Positions 10,700-19,563 of a stretch of 64,000 nucleotides of DNA are shown here, in pieces. This DNA is from an archaeon (lineage in GTDB: Archaea > Undinarchaeota > Undinarchaeia > Undinarchaeales > JBDRKL01), in NCBI GenBank assembly GCA_043814055.1, contig JBDRKL010000010.1:85433-149432 (forward strand). Direction: 5' to 3'. The notes under the pieces were generated by a model. The model worked only from the letters and a program-made list of their open reading frames with translations. It did no database searches and was not told where the DNA came from. The position numbers were made by a program, and so were the translations under genes. The first letter of the stretch is position 1. Each line of letters opens with the position of its first letter.

Positions 10700-10820
10700 T
10701 TAAACACCCATAGCCAACCTTAGAGTATTCCTCGCGACCTTTTTCTTTCCCGTTTGTTCAAAAAGCTCGACCAAAAACAATGTTTTAAACACCCATAGCT
10801 AAACGCAAAGTATTCCTTGC
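10700..10820. mobile_element. hairpin insertion with stranded, silently different copy of DUF63 3' end
   Basis: 10700-10735 and 10785-10820 both encode ARNTLRLAMGV* on the - strand; spacer carries GACCTTTTT...AAAAAGCTCGACCAAAAA. Confidence 0.7.
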
Positions 10821-11576
10821 CCCAGGCCCGAGCGTTACGCACAGAATTGCGAACTTAATAAAATTCTTGAATGGGGTATCCCCCTCGGTCTTGTCTATTA
10901 TGTAAAGAGCACCAAGAACAACTATGAACTTGAGCGGTAGCATTACCCACGCGCTGCCTGCGAGGCCGAACAAGTAATTTGGGAGCACGTGCTTCTCGCC
11001 GTAGCCGTAGAAGTCAACACCCACAAAAGTTGAGACCGCGTCAAACATCGCGGCAAGCATTATCGCTGAGTTCAGCGGGGTGAAAATCTTCGGCTTTAGC
11101 TTGTACGCGCCGAACAGCAAAACAGCTATGGCTGCGGTGTAGCTGAGTATCTGCAAAGCTGCTGCGTACTGGGGAAATCGCATATTAATGCCAAACCCAA
11201 AAAGGAGCATGACGCCGATTAGGAACATCAGGTAGTGGTATGGAATTTTCTTCTGGAGCTTACCAAACTCCCAACTGCACAGTAAAGCAGTGAACGTAAT
11301 GCCGAAGACTAAAAAATATATGAGCGGCGTGACGTAAATCGGGGATTTAACAAGCTCGGCGTCGCGCATCACGCGCAGGACCGCGGCGAGCACGATGTAA
11401 GGCAGGGTCGCGAAGAAGAACCTGCCGTTTATGGGTATTTTCATCTTCTGCATAACCCTGTAGAGCCCGAAGACGGCTATGACTAGGATTATAGCGTACA
11501 CTGGAGTGTTGTAAATGTTATAAGGTACGTCATTTTGGAACACCGGGCTGATGAAATACTCGTTTAGGAATCCCAT
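10785..11576 (-). CDS. DUF63-family membrane protein
   Basis: YN.YNT..YA, LRV..DA, DAVSTFVGVD..GYGEKHVLP, LGPGARNTLR. Confidence 0.85.
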   Translation of the reverse strand: MGFLNEYFISPVFQNDVPYNIYNTPVYAIILVIAVFGLYRVMQKMKIPINGRFFFATLPYIVLAAVLRVMRDAELVKSPIYVTPLIYFLVFGITFTALLCSWEFGKLQKKIPYHYLMFLIGVMLLFGFGINMRFPQYAAALQILSYTAAIAVLLFGAYKLKPKIFTPLNSAIMLAAMFDAVSTFVGVDFYGYGEKHVLPNYLFGLAGSAWVMLPLKFIVVLGALYIIDKTEGDTPFKNFIKFAILCVTLGPGARNTLRLAMGV

Positions 11577-11667
11577 TTTTCAGAACTTGTTTTAGGTTGT
11601 TTATATTTCTTTAGGAATAGCCATTAGTGGTTAGCCAACGAACAGCCAAATGCCAAGAGCCAAAAAG

Positions 11668-13794
11668 CTAAGCTGTATCTGGTCCGCTCACCATAAAAAC
11701 CTTTGTAGCCCCGTCAATCTCCTTGTCCCTTTCCAATTTATACAAGTGTCCTGAGACCGCGGCTTCCAAGCGCTCTTCGTGAGTGATTAAGAAAATTTGG
11801 TCAATTAACTTTGGCATTCGGGTCTTAAGCAGCTCAGCGAGCTCGTCTATGCTTTGCGCGTCCAGGTTGTGCGTAGGCTCATCAAGCACAAGCCAGCTCA
11901 AATTAGGCGCCAAAGCCAGAGAAAACGCGATGCGCAATGCAAGAGAAGCCATTGTGCGCTCCCCGCCTGAAACCCTGCCCTCAACGTCATACCAGCCAGC
12001 TGAAGTCTTTGCTCTGAGCACGTAGTCCCCTGCGTCTACAGCAAGTTTAACTGTCTCTATGTCGCCGTAGGGGTACAAAGTACCCCAAATCTCGTCCATA
12101 ACCTCATTTACTACCTCTATAAACTCCTCGCGCAGGGATTCCTGTGTCCTTTGGAGAGCTGTCTGGAACTTTTCCATTCCTTTCTTGGTCTCCCCGGTCC
12201 AGGCAAGGTCTTTCTCGTGCTCTGCTTTCAGGGCTTTTTTGCGCTCAATCTCATCAAGCCGCTTCTTTTTCTCCTCAGCAAGGCTTTGCAGCCCCTCAAG
12301 CTTTGCTCCTATTTCGCTCTGCTTTTTAATCGCTTCTTCATAAGAATTTCTCAGCTCTGCGAACAATTTATCGTCAAACCCGCTCTTATTTGCAAGCTCC
12401 TCAAGCGCTTTGGTTTCTGATTCAAGCTTTTCAAGCGCTGATTTTTCTGTTTTAATCTTTTTCTCAGCGGTTTGAAGGTTCTTCTTCCGCTCAGCAGCAA
12501 GTTTTTTCTGCGTTTCTAACTCAGCCTTGAAGGACTCCAGCTGTTTCTCAAGCGCTTTAATCTCATCAAGCGCCTCGCCAAGCTCCTTGATTTGTGGAAT
12601 ATTCACCTCAATAGTTTTGGCAAGCTCAAGCTTCTCAAGCCCTATGCTCTTTAATCTTTCATTATGCGCACTAAGCAGTTCTTTCTTTTTCCCGCGCTTC
12701 AGGTCAGTCTCGCACAGCGGGCACGAATCCTTGTCGTGGAGTTCATTCACGATGTGCTCGGAGTGCTCTGCGCGGGCAGCAAGGACTTTTAGGTCTTTTT
12801 CTGAATCCGCAATTTCTTTCTTAAGATTGTCTAGTTTTTTTGAAACAGTGTCCGAGTCGCCGTGCAGGTTTATCAGGTCAGCGAGCTTTGTGTTAAGTTC
12901 AAGTTCTTCCTTGTTTTCTTCTGCCGGGGCATCAAGCGTTTTTTGGGACTCAGCGAGCTCAAGCTCAAGGGATTTGATGCTTTCGCTTAATTGTGAAACC
13001 TGCCCCCGCTTGCTCTCAATTTTATTATTAAGCGAGTTCAACTCAGCCTGATTTTTCTCAAGCTTCTTGAGCTCAGCGGAAAGCTTGTCCGCTGCGCCTT
13101 TAAGATTTTTAAGCTCTTCTTTGAGCGTTAGTTCTGCCTCTTTTTGATTGTCAATTTCTGACTTGAGCGCAATCTCTGCTTTCTCATCGTCCTCGCTGAG
13201 CATTTCTTTAATCACTTTCTCTTTTGCAAAATAGCTCTCGTCAAGCATATTTCTGACAGAAGTCGCGGTCTTGCGCGCGGCTTCAAACTTGTCTATGCGA
13301 AGCAGTTTGTCTATTTGAGCCATTCGCTGGCCCTTAGGTATGCTGAGAAAATGGTCAATCTGGTTCTGCTCTGAGTAAACAGCACGCGAGAACAAGTCGT
13401 AGTCAACGCCAAGCAGCTTGCACACCTGCTCCGTGACCCTCTGGGAATTTGGGCCCTCAATGAGCTCGCCGTTCTGCCTTAGCTCAGACACAGTTGTGCC
13501 TTTCCCATAATTTACCTTGCGCAAAACAGTGAATATCTCACCTTTTGCCCCTAGAAATTCAAGTTCAACCTCAGCGCTCTGCGCCTGCTTTGGCTTGCTC
13601 TTTATCACATCGTCAAGCTTGAGTTTCCGCTGGTTGAGCAAAGGGAACGTGCCAAAAAGCCCAAAGCTAAGCCCGTCCATTGCGCTGCTTTTTCCAGAGC
13701 CCATAATGCCGAAGAGCGCGTTGACTCCTTTTGAAAACGTGAACTCAGAGTCCTCGTGTGATTTCCAGTTCTTCAGCTTGAGTTTTACAATCAT
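11668..13794 (-). CDS. rad50: Rad50 SMC-like ATPase
   Basis: GIMGSGKSS, coiled coil with CPLC zinc hook, SGGE signature, LDEPT, ITH. Confidence 0.92.
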   Translation of the reverse strand: MIVKLKLKNWKSHEDSEFTFSKGVNALFGIMGSGKSSAMDGLSFGLFGTFPLLNQRKLKLDDVIKSKPKQAQSAEVELEFLGAKGEIFTVLRKVNYGKGTTVSELRQNGELIEGPNSQRVTEQVCKLLGVDYDLFSRAVYSEQNQIDHFLSIPKGQRMAQIDKLLRIDKFEAARKTATSVRNMLDESYFAKEKVIKEMLSEDDEKAEIALKSEIDNQKEAELTLKEELKNLKGAADKLSAELKKLEKNQAELNSLNNKIESKRGQVSQLSESIKSLELELAESQKTLDAPAEENKEELELNTKLADLINLHGDSDTVSKKLDNLKKEIADSEKDLKVLAARAEHSEHIVNELHDKDSCPLCETDLKRGKKKELLSAHNERLKSIGLEKLELAKTIEVNIPQIKELGEALDEIKALEKQLESFKAELETQKKLAAERKKNLQTAEKKIKTEKSALEKLESETKALEELANKSGFDDKLFAELRNSYEEAIKKQSEIGAKLEGLQSLAEEKKKRLDEIERKKALKAEHEKDLAWTGETKKGMEKFQTALQRTQESLREEFIEVVNEVMDEIWGTLYPYGDIETVKLAVDAGDYVLRAKTSAGWYDVEGRVSGGERTMASLALRIAFSLALAPNLSWLVLDEPTHNLDAQSIDELAELLKTRMPKLIDQIFLITHEERLEAAVSGHLYKLERDKEIDGATKVFMVSGPDTA

Positions 13795-13831
13795 TCGCCC
13801 AGGCTCTAATAAGGCAGAGTAATAAATAAGC

Positions 13832-15100
13832 TTAAGCTTTATTGCCAAAAGCCTGGAACACGTAGTCAAAAATCACGCCGGAGCCGAACATTGCAACGGC
13901 AACGAGCAAGTATATTGGTTCCACAAGCAGCAGCATTGAAATTGCCAGCAAGGATGCGATGCCCGGAACCAAATAGCCAAAAGGCAGCTTGTAGCTAATC
14001 TTAAGGCCTTTCTTCCTGTGGATAGGCATTGACATAAACATCATTAGGTACATCATCATCGCGAGCGCAACGAGGATGTATATGATTTCTTCAAACCCTG
14101 CGAGGAAAACTGCGGCTGACGCAAACACGAATTGCAGTATCAGCGCTATGTGCGGAGTTGCATTCTTTTTGTGAATTCTCATAAGGGCTTTTGGAAACAA
14201 GCCGTCGCGGGCAAGAGCATATGGCAGGCGGGCTGTTGCAACCACCCAGCTATTGAGGCAACCTAATAGAACTATGATTGCACCAACTGCGATTATTATG
14301 CCACCCGGGGCGCCAAGAAAAGCCTCTGCTGCTAGTGCAATTGGATAAAGTGATGTCTTGAGGTGCATTGTTTGGATGATTCCAAGTGTTACAAATATCA
14401 CTGCGCAGTAAAGGATTGTTACGAATATGCTGGAGTAAACGATTGCGCGCGGGATGTCTCTCCTCGGGAACTTTGCTTCCTCAGCAAAATAAGTGATTGC
14501 TTCCCAGCCTATAAAAGGCTCTATTATAAGGACTGACGCTAGGGCAAGAGATGAAATTGTTATGTTTACGTTTGGTGTAAAATTGGACAGGTCAATAAAG
14601 TGCATGCCCCAGGTAATGAAGAACCAAAACACAAGGATTGAGATTGAAGTCAGCAAGTACTGAGCTTTCATGCCCCAATGCAAACCGTTGTAATTGAATG
14701 CTGTAATTAAGGCCAGAACTCCAATTGCTATTGCTATTGATTGCATATGACTTAGATGGACAAAATATTGCAAATAGTAGGAGACCGCCACCGCGAGCGA
14801 TGCAATTGTAACCCAGCTAATTAGCCACGCAAGCCAGCCTGATAAAAATCCTACTCTTTTGCCAAATGCTTCTTTCACGAATTGGTAAGGCCCGCCAGCG
14901 TGCGGATAAATGCTAGACAGTTCTGCCAGGCAGAGTGCCATGAAAATCGTGAGGATGCCGACTTCAAGCCAAACCCAGAACGAGCCAACATCAGCTATTC
15001 CTGCTGCAATCGCAGGCATTACGAATACGCCTGTGCCAATGACAGCACCTATGCCAAAAAAGATTAGGTCAGCGAGGCCTAAGGTGCGCTTAAGCTTCAT
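13832..15100 (-). CDS. APC-family amino acid permease
   Basis: LKRTLGL, IGTGVF, LAELSS.YP.AGG.Y, GWE, EEAK.PRR.IPRA; many TM segments. Confidence 0.9.
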   Translation of the reverse strand: MKLKRTLGLADLIFFGIGAVIGTGVFVMPAIAAGIADVGSFWVWLEVGILTIFMALCLAELSSIYPHAGGPYQFVKEAFGKRVGFLSGWLAWLISWVTIASLAVAVSYYLQYFVHLSHMQSIAIAIGVLALITAFNYNGLHWGMKAQYLLTSISILVFWFFITWGMHFIDLSNFTPNVNITISSLALASVLIIEPFIGWEAITYFAEEAKFPRRDIPRAIVYSSIFVTILYCAVIFVTLGIIQTMHLKTSLYPIALAAEAFLGAPGGIIIAVGAIIVLLGCLNSWVVATARLPYALARDGLFPKALMRIHKKNATPHIALILQFVFASAAVFLAGFEEIIYILVALAMMMYLMMFMSMPIHRKKGLKISYKLPFGYLVPGIASLLAISMLLLVEPIYLLVAVAMFGSGVIFDYVFQAFGNKA

Positions 15101-16329
15101 AATGCGCCACCTATCTCTTTCAAGTATTTATACGCTACGCTTGGATTTCCTTTTGCAAGAATGTTAAATAATTCCTCTGAATTTTGCACAGGGCACTCAA
15201 GCGCTTCAAGGTGTTTGTTGAGCAGTTCCTGCCCCATATCATCAACTGAGAGCTGCTTCTGCCTGAGCCGCTCAACCAAGTCCCTGCGTTTTATGGACTC
15301 GCTTGACTCAAGCTTGCCCTTGTCAATGCTCAGGAGGAACTTGCCGTGGTGCTCCTGCTCAATGCGCAGAAGCTTCAAGTGCTCTTCAGAAGTTCCTTCC
15401 TTAAGCGTGCCAGCGAGCGAAATCTTCACTAGCGGCTTGGGCTCAGCGGTTTCCAAAGAGCTGATTTCTGATTCTATTTGTTTAACTATTTCATTTGGCT
15501 CAGCGTCCTCAAAACTCAGCTTTTTATAGTAGAACTTTCGCTGGCGCTTCAGCTCTTTAAACCTTAACTCATTGTTCTCATATATGAAAAAACCCTTTGG
15601 TTTTTCAGCCTCAATCTTGCGCATCTGCGTTATAAGTGTTGAGCCAGGGAGGACAAACTTGCCTGTTCCGAGCTGTTTTGTTTCACTCCAATGGATATGC
15701 CCGTTTATCACCAGATCATAGTCCTGCGGGAAGTCCCCAAGCTTCAGCGTTGGATGGTCCTCGTCAGAGTAAATAAAAGGCTCAACTGACTGGTGCAACA
15801 TGAGAATATTCTTCGCATTCTGGACTTTACGCGGAGCCCATGTCTCAAGCACCTGCCTTGCGTATTTCTCAGGAACTCCTGACATCCCATGTATTGCAAC
15901 TTTTTCATCACCCAGCTTGAGTACGATTGAGTTGCAGTGTAGGTGTATCAAAAGCCCGGCTTTCTCAAGCAATTCAACCGCGTTGGTTAGCCCTTTCCCG
16001 CGGCGCTCGTGCGTGCCGTGTATGGCGATTACAGGGGTTCCGTTCAGCGCAGTTTTTGGAATGCTCTGCGCATCCTTGCCGATTGCAGACTCAATTTGAA
16101 CTCCTTGATTTTGAGAAGTCAATGAAATGAGAAATAGCTGCATCGCCTTGCCAAGAACATCCTGGCTCGGCACTCTGGAGTCAAACATGTCGCCTGCAAT
16201 TAGGATTGCGTGGACTTTCTCGTCAAGCGCTTTCTGAATCGCTTCCCCAGCCTGGATAAAAGAATCCTCTGCTCGCTCAGTGGTTTGAGCATAACCGAGG
16301 TGGAAATCACTGAGTATGGCGAGCTTCAT
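15097..16329 (-). CDS. mre11: Mre11 nuclease
   Basis: SDFHLG, AGDMFD, HGTHE, LHQ, GHIH, PGS; near rad50. Confidence 0.9.
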   Translation of the reverse strand: MKLAILSDFHLGYAQTTERAEDSFIQAGEAIQKALDEKVHAILIAGDMFDSRVPSQDVLGKAMQLFLISLTSQNQGVQIESAIGKDAQSIPKTALNGTPVIAIHGTHERRGKGLTNAVELLEKAGLLIHLHCNSIVLKLGDEKVAIHGMSGVPEKYARQVLETWAPRKVQNAKNILMLHQSVEPFIYSDEDHPTLKLGDFPQDYDLVINGHIHWSETKQLGTGKFVLPGSTLITQMRKIEAEKPKGFFIYENNELRFKELKRQRKFYYKKLSFEDAEPNEIVKQIESEISSLETAEPKPLVKISLAGTLKEGTSEEHLKLLRIEQEHHGKFLLSIDKGKLESSESIKRRDLVERLRQKQLSVDDMGQELLNKHLEALECPVQNSEELFNILAKGNPSVAYKYLKEIGGAL

Positions 16330-16389
16330 AGAGATGGCTAGGCGCTTGAAGTATAAAAACTTAAATACCAATCTTGCATACGCAGTTCT

Positions 16390-17097
16390 ATGATAGACCT
16401 CCTATTCCTTCTGCTAACATTCCTCGGCGCAGTCTACCTGTGCTTCGTGATGTTCATGGCGTTCAAGGAGCGCTCAATGGTGGTTGGCATAGTTGCGATC
16501 AATCTTATAATATTCATTTACACTTTTCTTTTTGCTCCGCAGATGATAACAAAATACGCGCTTTCAGGAGGTAGAATCGCTGCAGGCGCTGGGTACACAA
16601 TGATAACTTACATGTTCCTGCACGCCAACGTACAGCACATTTTCCTCAACTCACTCGGACTTTTGTTCTTCGGCTATCACATGGAAAAGGAGTTTACAGG
16701 CCCGCTGACCTTACTGATTTACTTTGTTTCAGGAATGTTCGCAGCGGCTGTGTATGTGTTGAGCGCGCCGGCGAATGTTTTGGTTGTAGGGGCTTCTGGA
16801 GCAATATTTGGCCTGATGGCGTACCTCACCCTTACGCGACCGTTTAAAATTAGCCCAATGCCTTTTATAATTCCAATGCCAATCGCTGTAGCGTCCCTGC
16901 TCTACGTGATATTCGCCGCGCCAGTGATGGCAACTGGCGGCTTGCTCGAAGGGGTTGCGCACAACGCTCACATAGGCGGACTGCTTGGTGGCTCGCTGTT
17001 GGCTCTTGCGATGAACCGGCAGGAAGCGCTAAAAGGAGTTATAATAGTTGTCCTGCTCGCGGCTTTGATATTTATTCTGCCGCCGTTGTTTATGTAA
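16390..17097 (+). CDS. rhomboid intramembrane serine protease
   Basis: TYMFLHA..QHIFLN, GASG, AHIGG. Confidence 0.9.
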   Translation: MIDLLFLLLTFLGAVYLCFVMFMAFKERSMVVGIVAINLIIFIYTFLFAPQMITKYALSGGRIAAGAGYTMITYMFLHANVQHIFLNSLGLLFFGYHMEKEFTGPLTLLIYFVSGMFAAAVYVLSAPANVLVVGASGAIFGLMAYLTLTRPFKISPMPFIIPMPIAVASLLYVIFAAPVMATGGLLEGVAHNAHIGGLLGGSLLALAMNRQEALKGVIIVVLLAALIFILPPLFM

Positions 17098-17112
17098 GCT
17101 AGAAGTGCTTGC

Positions 17113-17184
17113 AGTTAGTAGTTTGTAATAAGTAGTCAATGGTGGCCGTAGTAAACTACAAACTATCAACTACCAATTACTAAC
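17113..17184. repeat. degenerate 7-mer repeats in inverted arrangement
   Basis: GTTAGTA GTTTGTA ATAAGTA ... ACTACAA ACTATCA ACTACCA ATTACTA between convergent genes. Confidence 0.6.
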
Positions 17185-17203
17185 TTTAACAAATTTCAAA
17201 GAA

Positions 17204-17560
17204 CTATTTCTTAGGAACGCCTTTCCCCTTTGCCTTTTCCTGCAGATAAACAAGCTCGTCGCAGGAGCTGCACCTGATTGTGTAAGGCCCTTCAAACTCA
17301 ACAACTGCAGAGTCCGAGTTGCCGCAGGCGCACTCATAAGCCATCTTAAAAGGAGTTTCCCCGCTTTCCTGGTAAAGAATAAACTTACCCCTAAGCATAT
17401 TGCCAGATGCATCCTTTGTAACAACGTCATTGTGGATGAACATCTTGGGCCTCTGCTCCTTTTCAAAAATTAAAACGCGGGCCTCTTCCTTAATATCCTC
17501 GAAACTATCGTCTAGAGGCTCGCTTGAAATTAACTTGCCTAACTTAGGTTTCTTAGCCAT
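17204..17560 (-). CDS. hypothetical Zn-ribbon protein
   Basis: CxC...CxxC pattern; follows rpl12. Confidence 0.7.
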   Translation of the reverse strand: MAKKPKLGKLISSEPLDDSFEDIKEEARVLIFEKEQRPKMFIHNDVVTKDASGNMLRGKFILYQESGETPFKMAYECACGNSDSAVVEFEGPYTIRCSSCDELVYLQEKAKGKGVPKK

Positions 17561-17577
17561 TCTTTTAGTTGTTATTC

Positions 17578-17874
17578 TTAGCCGAACAAAGCGCCGAGGC
17601 CAGCAGATGCTGCGCCTTCGTCTGCCTTCTTGTCTTCAGTGGATTTCTCTTCCTTAGCTGCGCCTGCTGCTGCAGGGGCTGCTGCCGCTGCTACAGGGAC
17701 TGCTGCCTCAGAAAGGGCCTTCTCAATGTCAACGCCGTCGAGAGATGCCACAAGTGCCTTGACCTGTGCGTCATCCGCCTTTGCGCCGGATGCATCAACG
17801 ACCTTCTTTAGATTAGCCTCGTTTATGTCCTGTTTTGCTGAATGCAATAGCATTGCTGCGTATACATATTCCAT
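17578..17874 (-). CDS. rpl12: 50S ribosomal stalk protein P1/L12
   Basis: [11 protein letters not shown], Ala-rich hinge, GLGALFG. Confidence 0.97.
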   Translation of the reverse strand: MEYVYAAMLLHSAKQDINEANLKKVVDASGAKADDAQVKALVASLDGVDIEKALSEAAVPVAAAAAPAAAGAAKEEKSTEDKKADEGAASAGLGALFG

Positions 17875-17948
17875 TAGTTTTAACCTCCCAAAATCGGGAA
17901 CATATAGTTGTCTGGAGGGTTTATTAATGTTACTATGTTATCCCCACA

Positions 17949-18437
17949 CTAATTCCCACTTAGCCAGACCAGATGTTGATATTGCCACTCCTGCTCTTTA
18001 GCTATGGCATCGTCGGTATCAGAGGAATTTGTAGCCCTATGAATAGCTTGTAAGGCATAAATTGCAGAACCAATAGAATGAGGTGAGACGTGTGCTGTTG
18101 CCACAGCCTGACCTGCGGCACGGGCGGCAGAGTGGGCGGCAGTATCTTCTCCAGCCGCGCGGGCAGCTGCGTGAGAATCAAGCGATGCCTTGCGTATGAC
18201 CCCCATTTTAAACACACCAGTATCAACCCAAGTCTTAAGTGTTTCAATAGCTTTTTGAGGTCGGTAATCTTTCGGGTATTCTTTTTCAAAATAAGGCAGG
18301 ACACGTTCAGCGCAATCAATTGCCCAAATGGCTAGAGTTTTAGAATCAGTTTTTTTCACAAGCGCCACAATTCGCTCGTCATTTCTGTAGCGAGCAAGAG
18401 AAAATTTTGTTTTTTTCTTTTGAGATTCAACTTTCAT
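17949..18437 (-). CDS. Imm5-like putative immunity protein
   Basis: LAIWAIDCAERVLPYFE...D.RP..AI...AARAAGQAVATAH. Confidence 0.7.
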   Translation of the reverse strand: MKVESQKKKTKFSLARYRNDERIVALVKKTDSKTLAIWAIDCAERVLPYFEKEYPKDYRPQKAIETLKTWVDTGVFKMGVIRKASLDSHAAARAAGEDTAAHSAARAAGQAVATAHVSPHSIGSAIYALQAIHRATNSSDTDDAIAKEQEWQYQHLVWLSGN

Positions 18438-18445
18438 AGTATTAA

Positions 18446-18552
18446 TGCAGGAGGAGGGATTTGGGAACCTCCGCCTGCTTGCGGAGGATAAGCTACGAGA
18501 GATAGCGAGATTTGTTGGTCAACATTTTTGCGGCGTAGCCGGAAAAAGGTTG
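18446..18552 (-). mobile_element. hairpin element plus degenerate tRNA-Leu 3' end copy
   Basis: CAACCTTTTTCCGGCTACGCCGCAAAAA shared with 31857; 18446-18463 matches 18556-18573 at 15/18. Confidence 0.65.
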
Positions 18553-18641
18553 TGGTGCGGGAGATGGGATTTGAACCCACGGAGGTACTAAACCACAGGA
18601 TCTTAAGTCCTGCCCCTTAGGCCAGGCTCGGGTACTCCCGC
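18553..18641 (-). tRNA. tRNA-Leu(UAA)
   Basis: Cloverleaf, CAGGA-CTTAAGA-TCCTG, long variable arm, CCA. Confidence 0.95.
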
Positions 18642-18701
18642 AATTTTATTGAAAATCAATAAGACTCGCTAGTTTTTAAAATGAATCCTGCCTTCACAGG
18701 A

Positions 18702-19295
18702 CTAGTGTAATAAGCCCACGGCGCTCAATGTGAACAGCACGCGAATGAACAGCATCGGAAGCGTTATCACGAGCGCAGCCTTCCAAGAGACCTCATAGTT
18801 CTCCTGCATTGACCACAGGCAAAGCACCCATACCCAATAACCGGTTATGAACGCTGCGAATGGGAAAATGTTGAAGAAGAAAGGTACCATTGAAAGCCCG
18901 ACTAGCTTCAGGCTGCGGTGCATCACGTCAATATTTGAAATGTCCTTGCCGGACACGATTGAACCGAGAAAATGAAATATAGCAGTCCACATCACCCAGG
19001 CAAATACAAACCAAACCGGGAGCACTATAAAAGAGATGAACAGTTTAAGTGTGTAGCCAAGCGCGACAAAGATGTTTGAAGTTAGCGCAATATTCCAGAT
19101 TGCCCCGCCGAAAGCTGTCATTATTGCTGCGCATATTACTACCAGGAACGGAACTATGCTGTCCTGCGGCACAAGACCCTCCCTGATTATGCGCTTTATC
19201 GTCGGCTTCGGGTTGATTATTATGCCGTGCACGTGATCAGAGAAATGCTTGCCAATCTGGAAGCTCTTCTGCTTGACATAAGTCCTTGCTTTCAT
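18702..19295 (-). CDS. Yip1-like membrane protein
   Basis: IIINPKPTIK start, about 5 TM segments, SWKAAL near end. Confidence 0.65.
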   Translation of the reverse strand: MKARTYVKQKSFQIGKHFSDHVHGIIINPKPTIKRIIREGLVPQDSIVPFLVVICAAIMTAFGGAIWNIALTSNIFVALGYTLKLFISFIVLPVWFVFAWVMWTAIFHFLGSIVSGKDISNIDVMHRSLKLVGLSMVPFFFNIFPFAAFITGYWVWVLCLWSMQENYEVSWKAALVITLPMLFIRVLFTLSAVGLLH

Positions 19296-19397
19296 AAGAC
19301 CTTATTAATGAAAAGATGAGTTTTTATACGTTACTACTGGTGAGTTGCAGAGAGTTGGGAAGGTATATTAAGTTTTGAAATGAATAGTACAAAAGTT

Positions 19398-19529
19398 GGG
19401 GTCGTGGTCTAGTTTGGTATGATACTACCTCGGGGTTGCGTGGGTCGTGAGCATAAGTTGAAATATACTTCCGAGCGACACGCGACAAATAGGTAGTGGT
19501 CGCAAGTTCAAATCTTGCCGATCCCACCA
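19398..19529 (+). tRNA. tRNA-Pro with anticodon-loop intron (GGG with C33, or CGG in shifted register)
   Basis: GGGGTCG/CGATCCC acceptor, GCAAG-TTCAAAT-CTTGC T-arm, CCA; ~55-nt intron with GTTGCGTG/CACGCGAC helix; adjacent to proS. Confidence 0.85.
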
Positions 19530-19563
19530 AATTTATTTAAATCAAGCAAACATACTCAAAACT

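Noticed and set aside
15097-16329. Mre11 HGTHE instead of GNHD as inactivation
   Set aside because: Other metal-binding motifs are intact; one substitution is not enough to call it by eye.
17949-18641. Genomic island or provirus at tRNA-Leu
   Set aside because: The tRNA end copy is only about 90 bp away and encloses no genes; no integrase in the window.
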